Below the pieces are notes generated by a model. It saw only the letters and a list, made by a program, of their open reading frames with translations. It made no database searches and had not been told where the DNA came from. Positions 22,834 to 33,211 of a stretch of DNA of 64,000 nt are shown one piece after another. The translations under genes and the position numbers were made by a program. This DNA is from an uncultured Poribacteria bacterium (GTDB lineage: Bacteria > Poribacteria > WGA-4E > WGA-3G): assembly GCA_958296135.2 (NCBI GenBank), contig CATQHZ020000001.1, positions 1-64,000 on the forward strand. The letters are read 5' to 3'. Numbering within the stretch: the first letter of the stretch is position 1; every line of letters starts with the position of its first letter.

Positions 22834-25716
22834 CTAGGAAAAAATGAGATGCGGCGCGGTCGGATATCGGCCACGGCGGCTGCCGTAGAGCGCGAATCCC
22901 CCTTTGTGTTTTGCATCGGATTTGACTTGATACCGGAGTGTTAACGTTTCAACGCTTTTGGCGCGAACTTGTTTGAGTTGCTCGCCTTCAATCGTGAGGC
23001 GCGTGAGATATCCATAGGTGCCGGGTTCGCCGTGGATATAGGAGAGCGCGCCGCGCGCATCCGCCGGGCAATCTGGCAGTGTCACTGTCTCGATTTCCAC
23101 GCCGTTGATGGAAATCGTGACATCTGTGGGATATTTCTCGGGTTCCGTTTGGCGTGCGCCGCCGTTGAAGGCGGATGCCTCAAAAACGAGTGTCAGTTGT
23201 TGGGCCTCTTTGGGTATCTTCGCCAGCTCGTGTTCCGAATCGGCTGGCAGCCTCAGCGCATACTCGGCGTAACCGGTGCCTTGCGCGGCCATAAGTTGTT
23301 CTGTCACCGTTGGTTCTGACGCGTCCCACTGCATCTCGGCGGCTTCGCCTGGGTAATAGCTGACGAGGCAGATTTCGCCTGTCTCGCCGAGGGCATCCAT
23401 CCAGCGCGCGAGGGCAGCGTTCTTGAGAAACGTAGTGTGGCCTGCGGCTGTCTCTGACATGTAGTGGGCAATGATACCGTGGCGTTCCTGATGCGGGTGT
23501 GAGGGCTTCACTATCTCAAGGTTGATGAAGTTACGCGCCACAACGGTGCCGGTTGCATCTTCCACCCAAACGTGCAGTCTGCTGACAGCGGGGTGGACAG
23601 CCGGTATCTCCAGTTCCAGCCGATGCACCTTTTCTACCTGATACGGTGGAAACGGAATAGGAACGGGGGTTCCGGAGACGACACCGCGTGAGAGTGAACC
23701 GGTGGCATGGCGCGCGTCCAGCCGCCAGTGAAGTGTGGCACCCGTAATCTCGGCGTGCGAGAAGTGGCTGGTATAAATGTCCATGGCAACGGTTTCTCCG
23801 GGGGCTACAGTGGTGCCAGGCGGGTAATCGATGGCGATGAAGTCAAGCGTGTTGATATCGCGGACATCGTAGCCGAATTCTTTCACCGTTCTGTCATAGT
23901 TCATGAAGCCGTTGTGCTCCCACTCAATGTCCTGCAACTCGGTGTAGACATAGCCACAGATTTTGGGATGCAGGCGCAATTCGTTGGTGAGATATTTGAA
24001 GCACCACGAGATGTCCTTATCGCCTGCACCGGCTGAGATACCGCCGTATTCGCTGTTGATGAGGGGCGCGTCGGCTTGCACGTTATCACCGGCATAGTTG
24101 AAGGAGGAACCAGGATACGTCTGTTCCACGACGTTGGCGATGTGCGCCTTGGCGCGCGCGTAGTCGTTAATATAGAAGTGCCACGAGTTGATGTCTGTCT
24201 CAACGTGATCATAGAGGCACGGCGAGTTATCTTCAACGAGGCGGGTTGCGTCCAACGTTTTGGCGAGGTGATACATCTGGCGCACCCATTCTTGGCGTTC
24301 GGGGAGTTGCGCGAAATCGCGCCCGCCAAGTCCCCACGTTTCATTGAAGATGCACCATGAGATGATGGCGGGATGGTTGTAATCGCGGGCGATGGTGCCG
24401 CGCAATGTCGTTTCCAAGTTCGCCTTCGCTGTCTCGGTATAGGTGCTGAAGTTGGGGATATCGCTCATAAACAGCATGCCGAGTTTATCTGCCCAATAGT
24501 AGAGCCGCGGTTCGTCAACTTTAATGTGCAGGCGCAGGAAGTTGAACCCGAATTCTTTGGCGCGGGCGATATCGGTGCGAATGGATTCATCGGTGAGGAA
24601 GGTGTAGACTCCCTCAGGGGTAAAGGATTGATTGAGCGCACCGAGGAGGTAGACGGGCCGGTTGTTGAGGTAGATATATTGGGTGTCGCCGCCAGGTGCT
24701 TTCTCAATGGAGACGTTGCGCATGCCGAAATAGGTAAAGATTCTATCCACAACGGCCTTAGATGTGACGTCGGATACCAATTCTAACGTCACATCGTAAA
24801 GGTTGGGGGTGTCAACATCCCAGAGGCGGAGACGTTCTGGCGGAATATGAACGGTGAACTGTGTTGTCGCTGCGGCATCGCGATGAGAATCTGTCCCGAC
24901 CGGTATCTCTCCCTGCATTCCGTCACAGTGCCAGCGCAGCGTCAGGTTCTCGCTCAGGTTCTCGCGAAGTGCCGCCACCTTCACATCAAACGTAGCGGTG
25001 CTGGCATTGATATCGGGGGTGATGTGGCACTGCTGCAGATGGGTGGCGTTTCGCGGTTCGAGTGACACCGTTTGCCAAATGCCACTGGTGCGGACGTACC
25101 AATTCGCTTGTTTGCCGACAGTCTGTTCGCCGTGGTCTTGCGCATCGTAGGCGCGCACGACGATGTCGGCGGGTTCACCGGGGGTAAGCGCATCGGTGAT
25201 GTCAAATTCAAACGGGAGGTAGCCGTTTTCGTGTTCGCCAATAAAGCGGCCATTTACCCAAACTTTCGCGTGCCAGTCGACCGCGCCGAAGTGGAGGATA
25301 ACACGTTTCTCTTGCCAGGGTTCTGGCACGGAAACCGTTTTTCGGTACCAGCCGATGGTGTGTCGAGGTGCGTCTCGGTAATTGCCTTCGCGCGAGAGCC
25401 CGCCGCAGGTTACCTCTTCTGGATGCAGATAAGCGTTTGTGCTCAAATAGGTGGCACTATCGGCGGTTGCTTCTTCTCCCCAGGCGGCGAGACTTTCCCA
25501 AGGATAGGGCACCTGAATATGCAGCGGCGTGTCGGGAAACTGATTGGGCGCGAACCACTGAGCCTGTTCGCCGGTATCGCCCGGGTCGAAGGTGAAGTGC
25601 CATGTGCCGTTGAGGTTGAGCCAGTCAATGCCTTCCGAGGTCCCGCGTTGGAAATCGGGGCGCGGATATTCTGGGCGCGGTTTTTCGTTTGTCGTGAGGC
25701 GTTCGTTCTTATGCAT
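22834..25716 (-). CDS. Glycoside hydrolase family 2
   Basis: NLNGTW.F, LHFGAVD, SGIWQTV, GFNFLRLHIK, NHPAIISWCIFNETWG, NSEYGG. Confidence 0.9.
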   Translation of the reverse strand: MHKNERLTTNEKPRPEYPRPDFQRGTSEGIDWLNLNGTWHFTFDPGDTGEQAQWFAPNQFPDTPLHIQVPYPWESLAAWGEEATADSATYLSTNAYLHPEEVTCGGLSREGNYRDAPRHTIGWYRKTVSVPEPWQEKRVILHFGAVDWHAKVWVNGRFIGEHENGYLPFEFDITDALTPGEPADIVVRAYDAQDHGEQTVGKQANWYVRTSGIWQTVSLEPRNATHLQQCHITPDINASTATFDVKVAALRENLSENLTLRWHCDGMQGEIPVGTDSHRDAAATTQFTVHIPPERLRLWDVDTPNLYDVTLELVSDVTSKAVVDRIFTYFGMRNVSIEKAPGGDTQYIYLNNRPVYLLGALNQSFTPEGVYTFLTDESIRTDIARAKEFGFNFLRLHIKVDEPRLYYWADKLGMLFMSDIPNFSTYTETAKANLETTLRGTIARDYNHPAIISWCIFNETWGLGGRDFAQLPERQEWVRQMYHLAKTLDATRLVEDNSPCLYDHVETDINSWHFYINDYARAKAHIANVVEQTYPGSSFNYAGDNVQADAPLINSEYGGISAGAGDKDISWCFKYLTNELRLHPKICGYVYTELQDIEWEHNGFMNYDRTVKEFGYDVRDINTLDFIAIDYPPGTTVAPGETVAMDIYTSHFSHAEITGATLHWRLDARHATGSLSRGVVSGTPVPIPFPPYQVEKVHRLELEIPAVHPAVSRLHVWVEDATGTVVARNFINLEIVKPSHPHQERHGIIAHYMSETAAGHTTFLKNAALARWMDALGETGEICLVSYYPGEAAEMQWDASEPTVTEQLMAAQGTGYAEYALRLPADSEHELAKIPKEAQQLTLVFEASAFNGGARQTEPEKYPTDVTISINGVEIETVTLPDCPADARGALSYIHGEPGTYGYLTRLTIEGEQLKQVRAKSVETLTLRYQVKSDAKHKGGFALYGSRRGRYPTAPHLIFS

Positions 25717-25809
25717 TTTATGTCCTTATTGCGAGATTTGCATTAATATACCATATCAACAACAAAAAAAGCAAGTTTTAATAATTGAAGTAACGCCCGC
25801 GAAAGAGAG

Positions 25810-26190
25810 CCTTTTCACCGTAGCGCGGTGGGCCATTTTCACCGTAGCGCGAGGGAAAACCTGTCCCTCGCAATCTCTCAACCCTCTCAAAACGGCCCCT
25901 TTCACCGTAGCGCGAGGTCTTGTGCCTCGCGATCTCTCGACCGTGAAGGGGGGGGCGGTTTTTTCCTTGCGCGGGGCTTCGCGAGGGACAGTGGACATCT
26001 CTGCAGCGAGGCGGCAGAGATGACAACGTTTCGGCGTAACGGCCCTCGCGCTACGGTTCAAAGGGGCCGTCGGTGAAAAGGGCCCCTGGGTCCGTAAGGC
26101 GCGGTCCTGTGCTGCGCCATGCCTCGGTCTATCAAGGGGCTTCGCGGCGGACAGGCCCCGCGCTACGGCCCGCGCTACGGCCCGCGCGGC
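25810..26190. repeat. Cluster of GTAG-REP-like units in both orientations
   Basis: Three tttcaccgtagcgcg units, one inverted composite copy, and tandem ggcccgcgctac. Confidence 0.85.
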
Positions 26191-26197
26191 AAGCAAA

Positions 26198-29100
26198 TCA
26201 TTGAAGTTCGCCGCGCACAGTAAGCGCGCTAGCGATAGAGAGAAAATCCCTGCCCTCCTCGACTCTGTCATTGTTGTAACTGACACCGAGGTGCAAATTC
26301 GCTGAGAAATGCGTGCTGATTTTGTAACCCACGCGCAGCGTGGTTTCATAACGTTCGGAACGCTCCTCTCGATTCGCACCGAATTCCTCGCGGCGGATCG
26401 CCCAAGAGAGCGTGTTCGTCAGTTCCAAGTCATGCTTCAATGGAATTCTACCGAAGAAAGGAATGCGGATGCCGTTCTCCGTGCGATACCGATAATCGAC
26501 GCTGAGATTCGGTGTCACAATAAACGCGCGGCTCAGAATGCCGCTCCGCTCCTGGTCGCGGATAGTCGTGCGGATGCCGAGGGCGGTTCGTGTCTCCGCG
26601 CCCCAGGTGTGATGCCAGCTGAGGGATGGCGTATGGGCGGCACTGTCGCTAAGCGTGACTGCCAAGTTCGCATTGTTCCGCGTCGTGAAACTGTAGCGGA
26701 GTTGGAAACTCGTTTTCTCTTGGGCTTTCAACTTCACGTCTGCCTCGTAAGTCTCGGCATGCGAGAAGTAAGTGCTACCCGCGCTCTTTCGGGAACTATC
26801 GGACGTGCTGTAGTTGGCACCGAGGGATGCCCATCTCCACGGATCTACGGCGCTCCGCACGGTATAGCGGTTGCTGCGCCGGGAATGAGTGCGTTCTTGC
26901 GCATCGTCTGGGAGTGCCCAAATTTCTACAGCGGAGAGCCCAGATGCAAGTTGCCGATAGGATTCTGTCGCGGTGAAGTTGGCATTCGTGCTGACGGTGA
27001 AGGTTTTGAGGATACGATGGAAAAGGGTTTCCTGAACGATGCCTCGTTCGTCCGCCCCATTGTGACTGCCGCTCCTACCCTGCGGGCCCGGGAGAGCTGT
27101 CCTACCGTTCAGACCCGGGATGTCCCTCCTACTGGGTTTATCGCGTTCGATCCAGTCGCCGCGGTTTTCTTCTAATTCTTGGATTTGTGTTTCGTCAATC
27201 CCAGCATCGCGTAGCAGTTCTGCGTCTGAATCGGCCTGGCGAGAGACAGGCCCTCCCCCTACGTTCCCTAAAGTTGCTGGCGCGTTTGGCGGGGCTTCTT
27301 CGGGCAAGAGCCAACTGAACCACTTTTGGATGCGGAGGTTCATGCCGAGGCTGACGTTGCCGTTGAGGGAGGCGTTCTTCTGTTCACTGAACCAGTTTTC
27401 ACGGAAACTGAGCCGACTCGTCACGGTGGGGCGCAATCCGAGCAAGTCGCGATTGAGACGCGGCGTAAGTGACAGCCGATGCTCGCGTTCGGCGATAGAG
27501 AAATCGGCGGCTTCTTTTTCTTCCGGAGTAGAAGAGGCATCGCCAGGGACAGCCCCTTGCCCGACGAGACTTGAGCTGTAAGTGAGCGTCTCACGTCTCT
27601 CTAGGGTGCGGCGAACGTCGTAACTCGGATTAAGACTGAAGGCGTTTGTCGGAGTAATGTTCAACGTAATCGAACCACTGTCAGTCTTCTCATCCCGATT
27701 TCTGCCATAGCCGTAACTGTAGTAGGAGGCGGTTGTGCCGCTCGTATCTGTCGCCGTTTCAGGTTTGGCAAGGATATCTTCGTGCCGATACTGCACCTTA
27801 GTGCCGAGTTTTTGACCGAGGTTGTATTGAAACACACCGGTGTAGAGATGGCTAATCTGCGTGCCTTGCCGCTCGTTCCAAAAATCTTGATAGTTGTAGG
27901 CGAACCCCAGGTTGGGATAAGGGTGTCGGTTAAATTGGACAGAGATATCCCGGTTGAGCGTCTCACTCTTGCCGCTTTGGAAACTGGTATAACTGCCACG
28001 GCGTGCTTCGGTTTCAGAATCCTGCTGGCGCACGGAGTAACGGATGGGCAGCCAAGAGAAAATGTTCACATCAGCGTCAATATTGAAGTCGTTATTGGTG
28101 GTGCTGTAGCCGCGCGAGGAGAGGCGTTGCCGGCCGATTTCGCCCGCGCCGCTCTCAAAATCTTTGTCTTGGCTAGCATAGCCGCCGCGGAGTTTGATGA
28201 GGCTGCCAAGCGAGACAGACATATTCCCACGGCGCGCCCAGCCGGAGCGGACGAGCGGGTCACCGAGGTGGATTTCGTTCACCCAAACTTCGCCGCTGAT
28301 TTCGCGCCCAGTGTCGTTCCGGATGCCGAGCAGGATGCCCCCGATGTTTTTGATAGAGAGCTGCGCGTTAGTGTTGCCTCTGACGGTGAAGCCATCCGGA
28401 TGCCCATCGGGCACCTCTGCGGCCTGTTGGGCGAGTGCCTGTCCCTCGCTATCGCTCGCAACCACATCCGACATCGCATTTCTGCGCCGGTCGCGCAAAT
28501 CGATTTCAATGAGCCGCCATCCCTCAAAGTCGATGGGGAGGGTATATTCGTAGTAGTCGGTGAGGTTTTCAAAGACGTTGATATCCTCCTCTTCCTGCTG
28601 CGGGTTGACGAACGGGTCGGCGTTGTAAAAAGCACTTCGATAGCCGGTCCGGACGCTAGGTGCGAGTTGTAAGACGAAGGTGGTGTGGCTTTTATCGCCA
28701 TACAACCAGAGGCGGAGCGTGTCGTGTTTGCTAAAGTCTTGTCCCTCACTTTGCGTTAAGCCCTTGAGCTGCTTGGAGGTAATGCCGTAAGAACCAGGGA
28801 AAAGGTAATAGGCGAGGCTCAACGTCTGCTCGCGCTGCTGCTGCGTCTGAAAACCGAGGGAAGTTGCGGAGAACGGATGCAGTTTTTTGAAGAGTTCCCC
28901 GTACTGTTCATGGCCTTCAATTTCAAGATAGGCACTTTGGTAATCGTCATAGCTAAAGTTGTCTTTCGTGCCGACGACGAACGTTTCAAGAGTGTTTTCG
29001 ACGATTTCACGCGTGGCGAGTTCACCTGCCAGTATGCCTCCCTGTTCCAATTCGGGCTGCGGCGCGCCGGAACTGCGTGTCACAATGCCTTGCTGCCATT

Positions 29101-32100
29101 TATTGCCGACAATCTCAATGGATGCCCATTGGAATGCGCCTTGCACCGTGCCGGGCTGGTTTTTCATGAGCCAGAAGCGGAAGTGCTGGACGAACACGAG
29201 ACTTGGCACACGGGAACCTTGCGGCACGAATTGGGAGAGCGGAATGCTGAGGAACATCCAGCCATTGTTGTTTTTGCTCTTAATCCATTCGTTTGGAATC
29301 TCGTTGAACGGTATAGCAATCTGGAAATAGGCATTGATGTCGTTCAACACGCCGTCGCCGTTCAAGTCTTCGCTATCCAGCACCTGATTGTTCCTGCCGA
29401 ACGGGACGCGTTCAAACGCGCCGTTGAACGTCCAGCCGATATCTTCGCCGGTATCAAGTGCGCCGTTGCCGCGGTAGCGGAGTTCATCGGGGAGGTTTTC
29501 TAAATCCAAGTCGAGCGCGTCAACTTTGCCATCGGCGTTGATGTCTAAGAGGGTATCGGGCAGGTCTTCGCTATCGAGGCGTTTGTCCCTGTCGGTATCT
29601 TCGCTGAGAATACCGATGTCAAGGAAGAGCGTGACAGCGTCATCGCCTTGGACGCGCATCCATAGTTCAACGAACCCGCGTTCGGAGAAGTCAACACCGG
29701 AATTGGAGATACCACTGGCGAAGCCGCCCCACTCTTCCACCAGGTCTGTGAAATCGTAGCCTACCTCCATAATAAGCCGTTCTTCGGTGGAGAGGGAGAG
29801 CGGCTGGATAGAAGAAGCGGGGACATCGCGGTTGCGCATATAGTTGCCGACTGCCGCCGATTCGTCTTTGTCTTTGAGCACCACGTTGAAAAGCGCGCGG
29901 TTTTCATTCGTCGTTTCTAGGATAGTAGCAACCTCCGTAGCGCGAGGCCCTGTCCCTCGCACCGGAATGCTACACAGTTTCCAATTGTATTTGAGCGTCG
30001 GCACGGTTGTCGATTCCTTCGCGCCTTCCATGCTATCGATGAGGGCGACACCGACGGAATTCGGGTTGTTGTGCGAATACGCCGCCTCACCGCTGAAGTC
30101 AATGGAGAGCGGGAAATTCTGGACGTGAATGAACGGCAGCGGGTTAAGCAGCCATGCGATGTTAAAGGCTCTACCGAAACTGGTGTTGATATTGAACGCC
30201 TGTAAACGGTTGGGAACGCTGTTGACATCGGGTATCTCTGCAGGCCGTTGTCCCGTGTTCAGAATGTAACCGGTAGAGAGGTTAAACCCTTTTTGGAAGA
30301 TGGGATTGAAATAGTTCATGCCTGCGCCGTAGCTGCCGAGGTACCCGCTGCGCGAGCGGCCCCCGAATCCGCCGTAGCCGCCGCCATAGCCGCCGCCATA
30401 GCCGCCATAGCCGCCGCCGAACCCGCCCATGCCGCCATATCCACCGCCGAACCCGCCCATACCGGAAGAACGTCTACCGAGCCCGCCGCCGGAGAAAAGG
30501 TCTGTTCCGCCGAGGTTGGTTCCGGGGCCGCCGAGGCCGGGTTGCGGTATCTGGAGGCCGCCGAGGCGATTGAACCGGTCTTCAAGGTTCTGTTCTCTCG
30601 GGGAGGCTGCTTTGGGTTTGTGGCTGTATTCCACCCACACGCCGGCGACGGCTTGTTGTGATGCACCGCCGAACGGCGTTTTTTCAAATTCGACGACGAT
30701 TTCGTCGAATTCATCGAGTTCCGTGAAAAAGCGAATTGTGCCGACTTCATAAACCATCATATAGTCCGCATCGCGCACGAGTTCTCTGCCGTTCAAGCGC
30801 ACTGTCTCGCTGTTCGGAATGACGAACAAGCCGACGTTATAGGTTTCGGATTGATACGAGTAGTCGGCGATGAGGGTGTAAACCTGGTCGGTGGTGCGAA
30901 GGCTTTCGAGATAGATTGCCTCGTTGTTGAGCGTGTCTCTGTATTTGTAATAGGGATGCGCGGCATCGCTGATTTCAAACGGCCGGAATTCCGGAAAACG
31001 GAGAATCCCCCGGTCGTAGTCGATGAACTGCACGTCAACGTTACCGTCGCCGTTCCGGTCCAGTCCGAAAATTTCGATGTAAGGCACGCGCCCAGCATCT
31101 GTCTGAAACGTCTCGCTTTGTCCCTGTCTGATGATGGATAGTTGAAAATCGCGCGGGTTGATATTGCGGTGACCGAGGCTATAGACGTGGCTTGCTTCGG
31201 TGCCGCGGAACCCTTTCTCCTTAAGGACGACGTAAGAGTCCGGATGCACCGGAGAATTGTCCCCAGGGACATCGGGAACCGGGGAATCAAGACCGGGGGG
31301 TTCTCCTACGGGGGAATCGGGAATTACGGGTTCGTCGGGGAAGACGCTGCCGGGGTTACCGACGGTGCCGCCGCCATCGCCAAGGTATTCATAGGCGACA
31401 ACGATAGTATAACTCGCCGAGATAGGACTTAAGAATTCTATCTCGCCAGTCTCGTAGTCGATGTTGTAGTCCTGCCCCGGAAACTGCGGGTTGAAATAGC
31501 CTTGACTTGTGCGCTTGCCACCCTGATTGTTGCCGACAACTCCATCATCGATGTAAATTTCCTCGCTGCCGGATTTAATGGGCAGGTATGCATCGTGGAT
31601 TAAACCGTCGGAGCCCTGGTGGATGAGGTAGAACCGATTTTTGACGTAGTTGGCATCGGCGATTTGGACACCGCGCGGGCCGTAACTGCCATACCCACTG
31701 GCGCGGCGGGATTGCCCACGGAATGTGCGCACCTCACGCACGCCTTTGCTGCGCGAACCGAACATCGTCACGCGAGTGTTTTTCCACTCAAACACGCCTT
31801 CCAAGCCGAATAGGTTGCGGTTGATGTTCAAGAAACGCGTATTGGGCAGATTCAGCGTGATGTCGCCGAAGGCGACAGTTTTGATGATGCTGTCGGGTTT
31901 GCCTTCATACCAGATTTTGATTTTCTGTTCTTTCGCGCCGCCGAGGCCATAGCCGCCACCATAGCCGCCGCCGTAGCCGCCGCCAAATCCGCCGCCACCG
32001 CCAAACGGAGAGCCGGCACTGTAATCGACAGCGATGTGGGTGCGTTCGCCGACACGCCCGTGCAAGCCGAACTGCTGTGACTGCCGCATGTTAAAGCCGG

Positions 32101-32998
32101 AGGCGCGCGGGACACCGCTTCTGTACCCGCCGTAGCCGCCAAATCCGCCGCCGTAGCTGCTGCCGCCATAGCTGCCGCCGTAGCTGCTGCCGCCGTAGCC
32201 GCCGCCGTAGCCGCCGCCGTAGGTGTCGCCAAATCCGGTGCTGCCGTACCCGAAATCGTCGTAACTGTAGGAGGAGGTTAAACCGAGGTCGAGTCCGGAA
32301 CTGTACCCGCCGTAGCCGCCGCCGTAGCCGTAGCCACCATAGCGGTTCAGATCGCCGTCACCGAAATAGTGCGTCTTGTTTACCTCCACGGTGACAGATT
32401 GGAAGCCGGTGATCTGGAGGTTGGAATCCATAGGGAGCGCGATACCCTTTTCGTCGCGCTTCTTTCTCGGTTTCCACGTGTCAAGTTCGTCGAGTTTGAT
32501 AAGCCTGGGGGCATACCTCCATCGGCGGAGGCTTTCGAGGTAAGCGTCTAGCGGCTCTTCTGGCTCCCCAGATGCTTCTTTCTCGTCTGCAGGTTCGTCA
32601 TCACCCAGTGTGAGCGGGCTCTGCCAATCCGTTTGCCAAAGAAAAAAAGGGCTTTCTGCCTGGCGCGAACCGGCGTTCGGCATCTTCTGGGCCGATGACG
32701 TTGCCGCATCGGGCCGAAAAAACGTTGTTTTTTCGGCCCGGTCTGGTTGAAGCGTTGGGCTCGCGTCGGGCGCGGATTTGGCAGGGGCAAGCAAGGGCAG
32801 AAAAAATAGTAAGTGTAAAAAAACCACTACCTTTAAAACCCTTTTAGGGGTGCAATATTTACGGAAGACCCCGGGGGCGTTCACAGAAAATGTTCGGTTC
32901 AAGGAAGAATGCTCCGATTCTGATTGTTGCGTAATTTGAAAGATATAACGAAAAGCGGCGGATAGAAGTTTACTTAGCTGGAAATAAAAACTTGACAT
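26198..32998 (-). CDS. Very large outer-membrane protein, SprA (T9SS translocon)-like; start uncertain
   Basis: DYNIDYETG, LVRDADY..YEVG, LDSEDLNGDG and WVNEIHL motifs; alternating beta-strand C-terminal third; signal-like segment near aa 52-74. Confidence 0.65.
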   Translation of the reverse strand: MSSFYFQLSKLLSAAFRYIFQITQQSESEHSSLNRTFSVNAPGVFRKYCTPKRVLKVVVFLHLLFFLPLLAPAKSAPDASPTLQPDRAEKTTFFRPDAATSSAQKMPNAGSRQAESPFFLWQTDWQSPLTLGDDEPADEKEASGEPEEPLDAYLESLRRWRYAPRLIKLDELDTWKPRKKRDEKGIALPMDSNLQITGFQSVTVEVNKTHYFGDGDLNRYGGYGYGGGYGGYSSGLDLGLTSSYSYDDFGYGSTGFGDTYGGGYGGGYGGSSYGGSYGGSSYGGGFGGYGGYRSGVPRASGFNMRQSQQFGLHGRVGERTHIAVDYSAGSPFGGGGGFGGGYGGGYGGGYGLGGAKEQKIKIWYEGKPDSIIKTVAFGDITLNLPNTRFLNINRNLFGLEGVFEWKNTRVTMFGSRSKGVREVRTFRGQSRRASGYGSYGPRGVQIADANYVKNRFYLIHQGSDGLIHDAYLPIKSGSEEIYIDDGVVGNNQGGKRTSQGYFNPQFPGQDYNIDYETGEIEFLSPISASYTIVVAYEYLGDGGGTVGNPGSVFPDEPVIPDSPVGEPPGLDSPVPDVPGDNSPVHPDSYVVLKEKGFRGTEASHVYSLGHRNINPRDFQLSIIRQGQSETFQTDAGRVPYIEIFGLDRNGDGNVDVQFIDYDRGILRFPEFRPFEISDAAHPYYKYRDTLNNEAIYLESLRTTDQVYTLIADYSYQSETYNVGLFVIPNSETVRLNGRELVRDADYMMVYEVGTIRFFTELDEFDEIVVEFEKTPFGGASQQAVAGVWVEYSHKPKAASPREQNLEDRFNRLGGLQIPQPGLGGPGTNLGGTDLFSGGGLGRRSSGMGGFGGGYGGMGGFGGGYGGYGGGYGGGYGGFGGRSRSGYLGSYGAGMNYFNPIFQKGFNLSTGYILNTGQRPAEIPDVNSVPNRLQAFNINTSFGRAFNIAWLLNPLPFIHVQNFPLSIDFSGEAAYSHNNPNSVGVALIDSMEGAKESTTVPTLKYNWKLCSIPVRGTGPRATEVATILETTNENRALFNVVLKDKDESAAVGNYMRNRDVPASSIQPLSLSTEERLIMEVGYDFTDLVEEWGGFASGISNSGVDFSERGFVELWMRVQGDDAVTLFLDIGILSEDTDRDKRLDSEDLPDTLLDINADGKVDALDLDLENLPDELRYRGNGALDTGEDIGWTFNGAFERVPFGRNNQVLDSEDLNGDGVLNDINAYFQIAIPFNEIPNEWIKSKNNNGWMFLSIPLSQFVPQGSRVPSLVFVQHFRFWLMKNQPGTVQGAFQWASIEIVGNKWQQGIVTRSSGAPQPELEQGGILAGELATREIVENTLETFVVGTKDNFSYDDYQSAYLEIEGHEQYGELFKKLHPFSATSLGFQTQQQREQTLSLAYYLFPGSYGITSKQLKGLTQSEGQDFSKHDTLRLWLYGDKSHTTFVLQLAPSVRTGYRSAFYNADPFVNPQQEEEDINVFENLTDYYEYTLPIDFEGWRLIEIDLRDRRRNAMSDVVASDSEGQALAQQAAEVPDGHPDGFTVRGNTNAQLSIKNIGGILLGIRNDTGREISGEVWVNEIHLGDPLVRSGWARRGNMSVSLGSLIKLRGGYASQDKDFESGAGEIGRQRLSSRGYSTTNNDFNIDADVNIFSWLPIRYSVRQQDSETEARRGSYTSFQSGKSETLNRDISVQFNRHPYPNLGFAYNYQDFWNERQGTQISHLYTGVFQYNLGQKLGTKVQYRHEDILAKPETATDTSGTTASYYSYGYGRNRDEKTDSGSITLNITPTNAFSLNPSYDVRRTLERRETLTYSSSLVGQGAVPGDASSTPEEKEAADFSIAEREHRLSLTPRLNRDLLGLRPTVTSRLSFRENWFSEQKNASLNGNVSLGMNLRIQKWFSWLLPEEAPPNAPATLGNVGGGPVSRQADSDAELLRDAGIDETQIQELEENRGDWIERDKPSRRDIPGLNGRTALPGPQGRSGSHNGADERGIVQETLFHRILKTFTVSTNANFTATESYRQLASGLSAVEIWALPDDAQERTHSRRSNRYTVRSAVDPWRWASLGANYSTSDSSRKSAGSTYFSHAETYEADVKLKAQEKTSFQLRYSFTTRNNANLAVTLSDSAAHTPSLSWHHTWGAETRTALGIRTTIRDQERSGILSRAFIVTPNLSVDYRYRTENGIRIPFFGRIPLKHDLELTNTLSWAIRREEFGANREERSERYETTLRVGYKISTHFSANLHLGVSYNNDRVEEGRDFLSIASALTVRGELQ

Positions 32999-33211
32999 AT
33001 CGTGACTGATGTGGATAATATGACGTTAATGTCATTCGTATCGTCTCTGTAGGGCAGGGCCAGTGTTGATTTTCACCAATGACATCAAAAACCGAAAACT
33101 AAATCGTCCTGCCGCAAGAAACATAAGACTTGACAACGTCAAGACACCCTGGTAAATTAACCTAAACACCCCAAAAAACCTCCGCCGAACGCATTGCGAA
33201 CGACAAAAAAC

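Noticed and set aside
25756-26379. 207-aa ORF and overlapping short ORFs
   Set aside because: They are read-through of the REP cluster and show no protein-like features.
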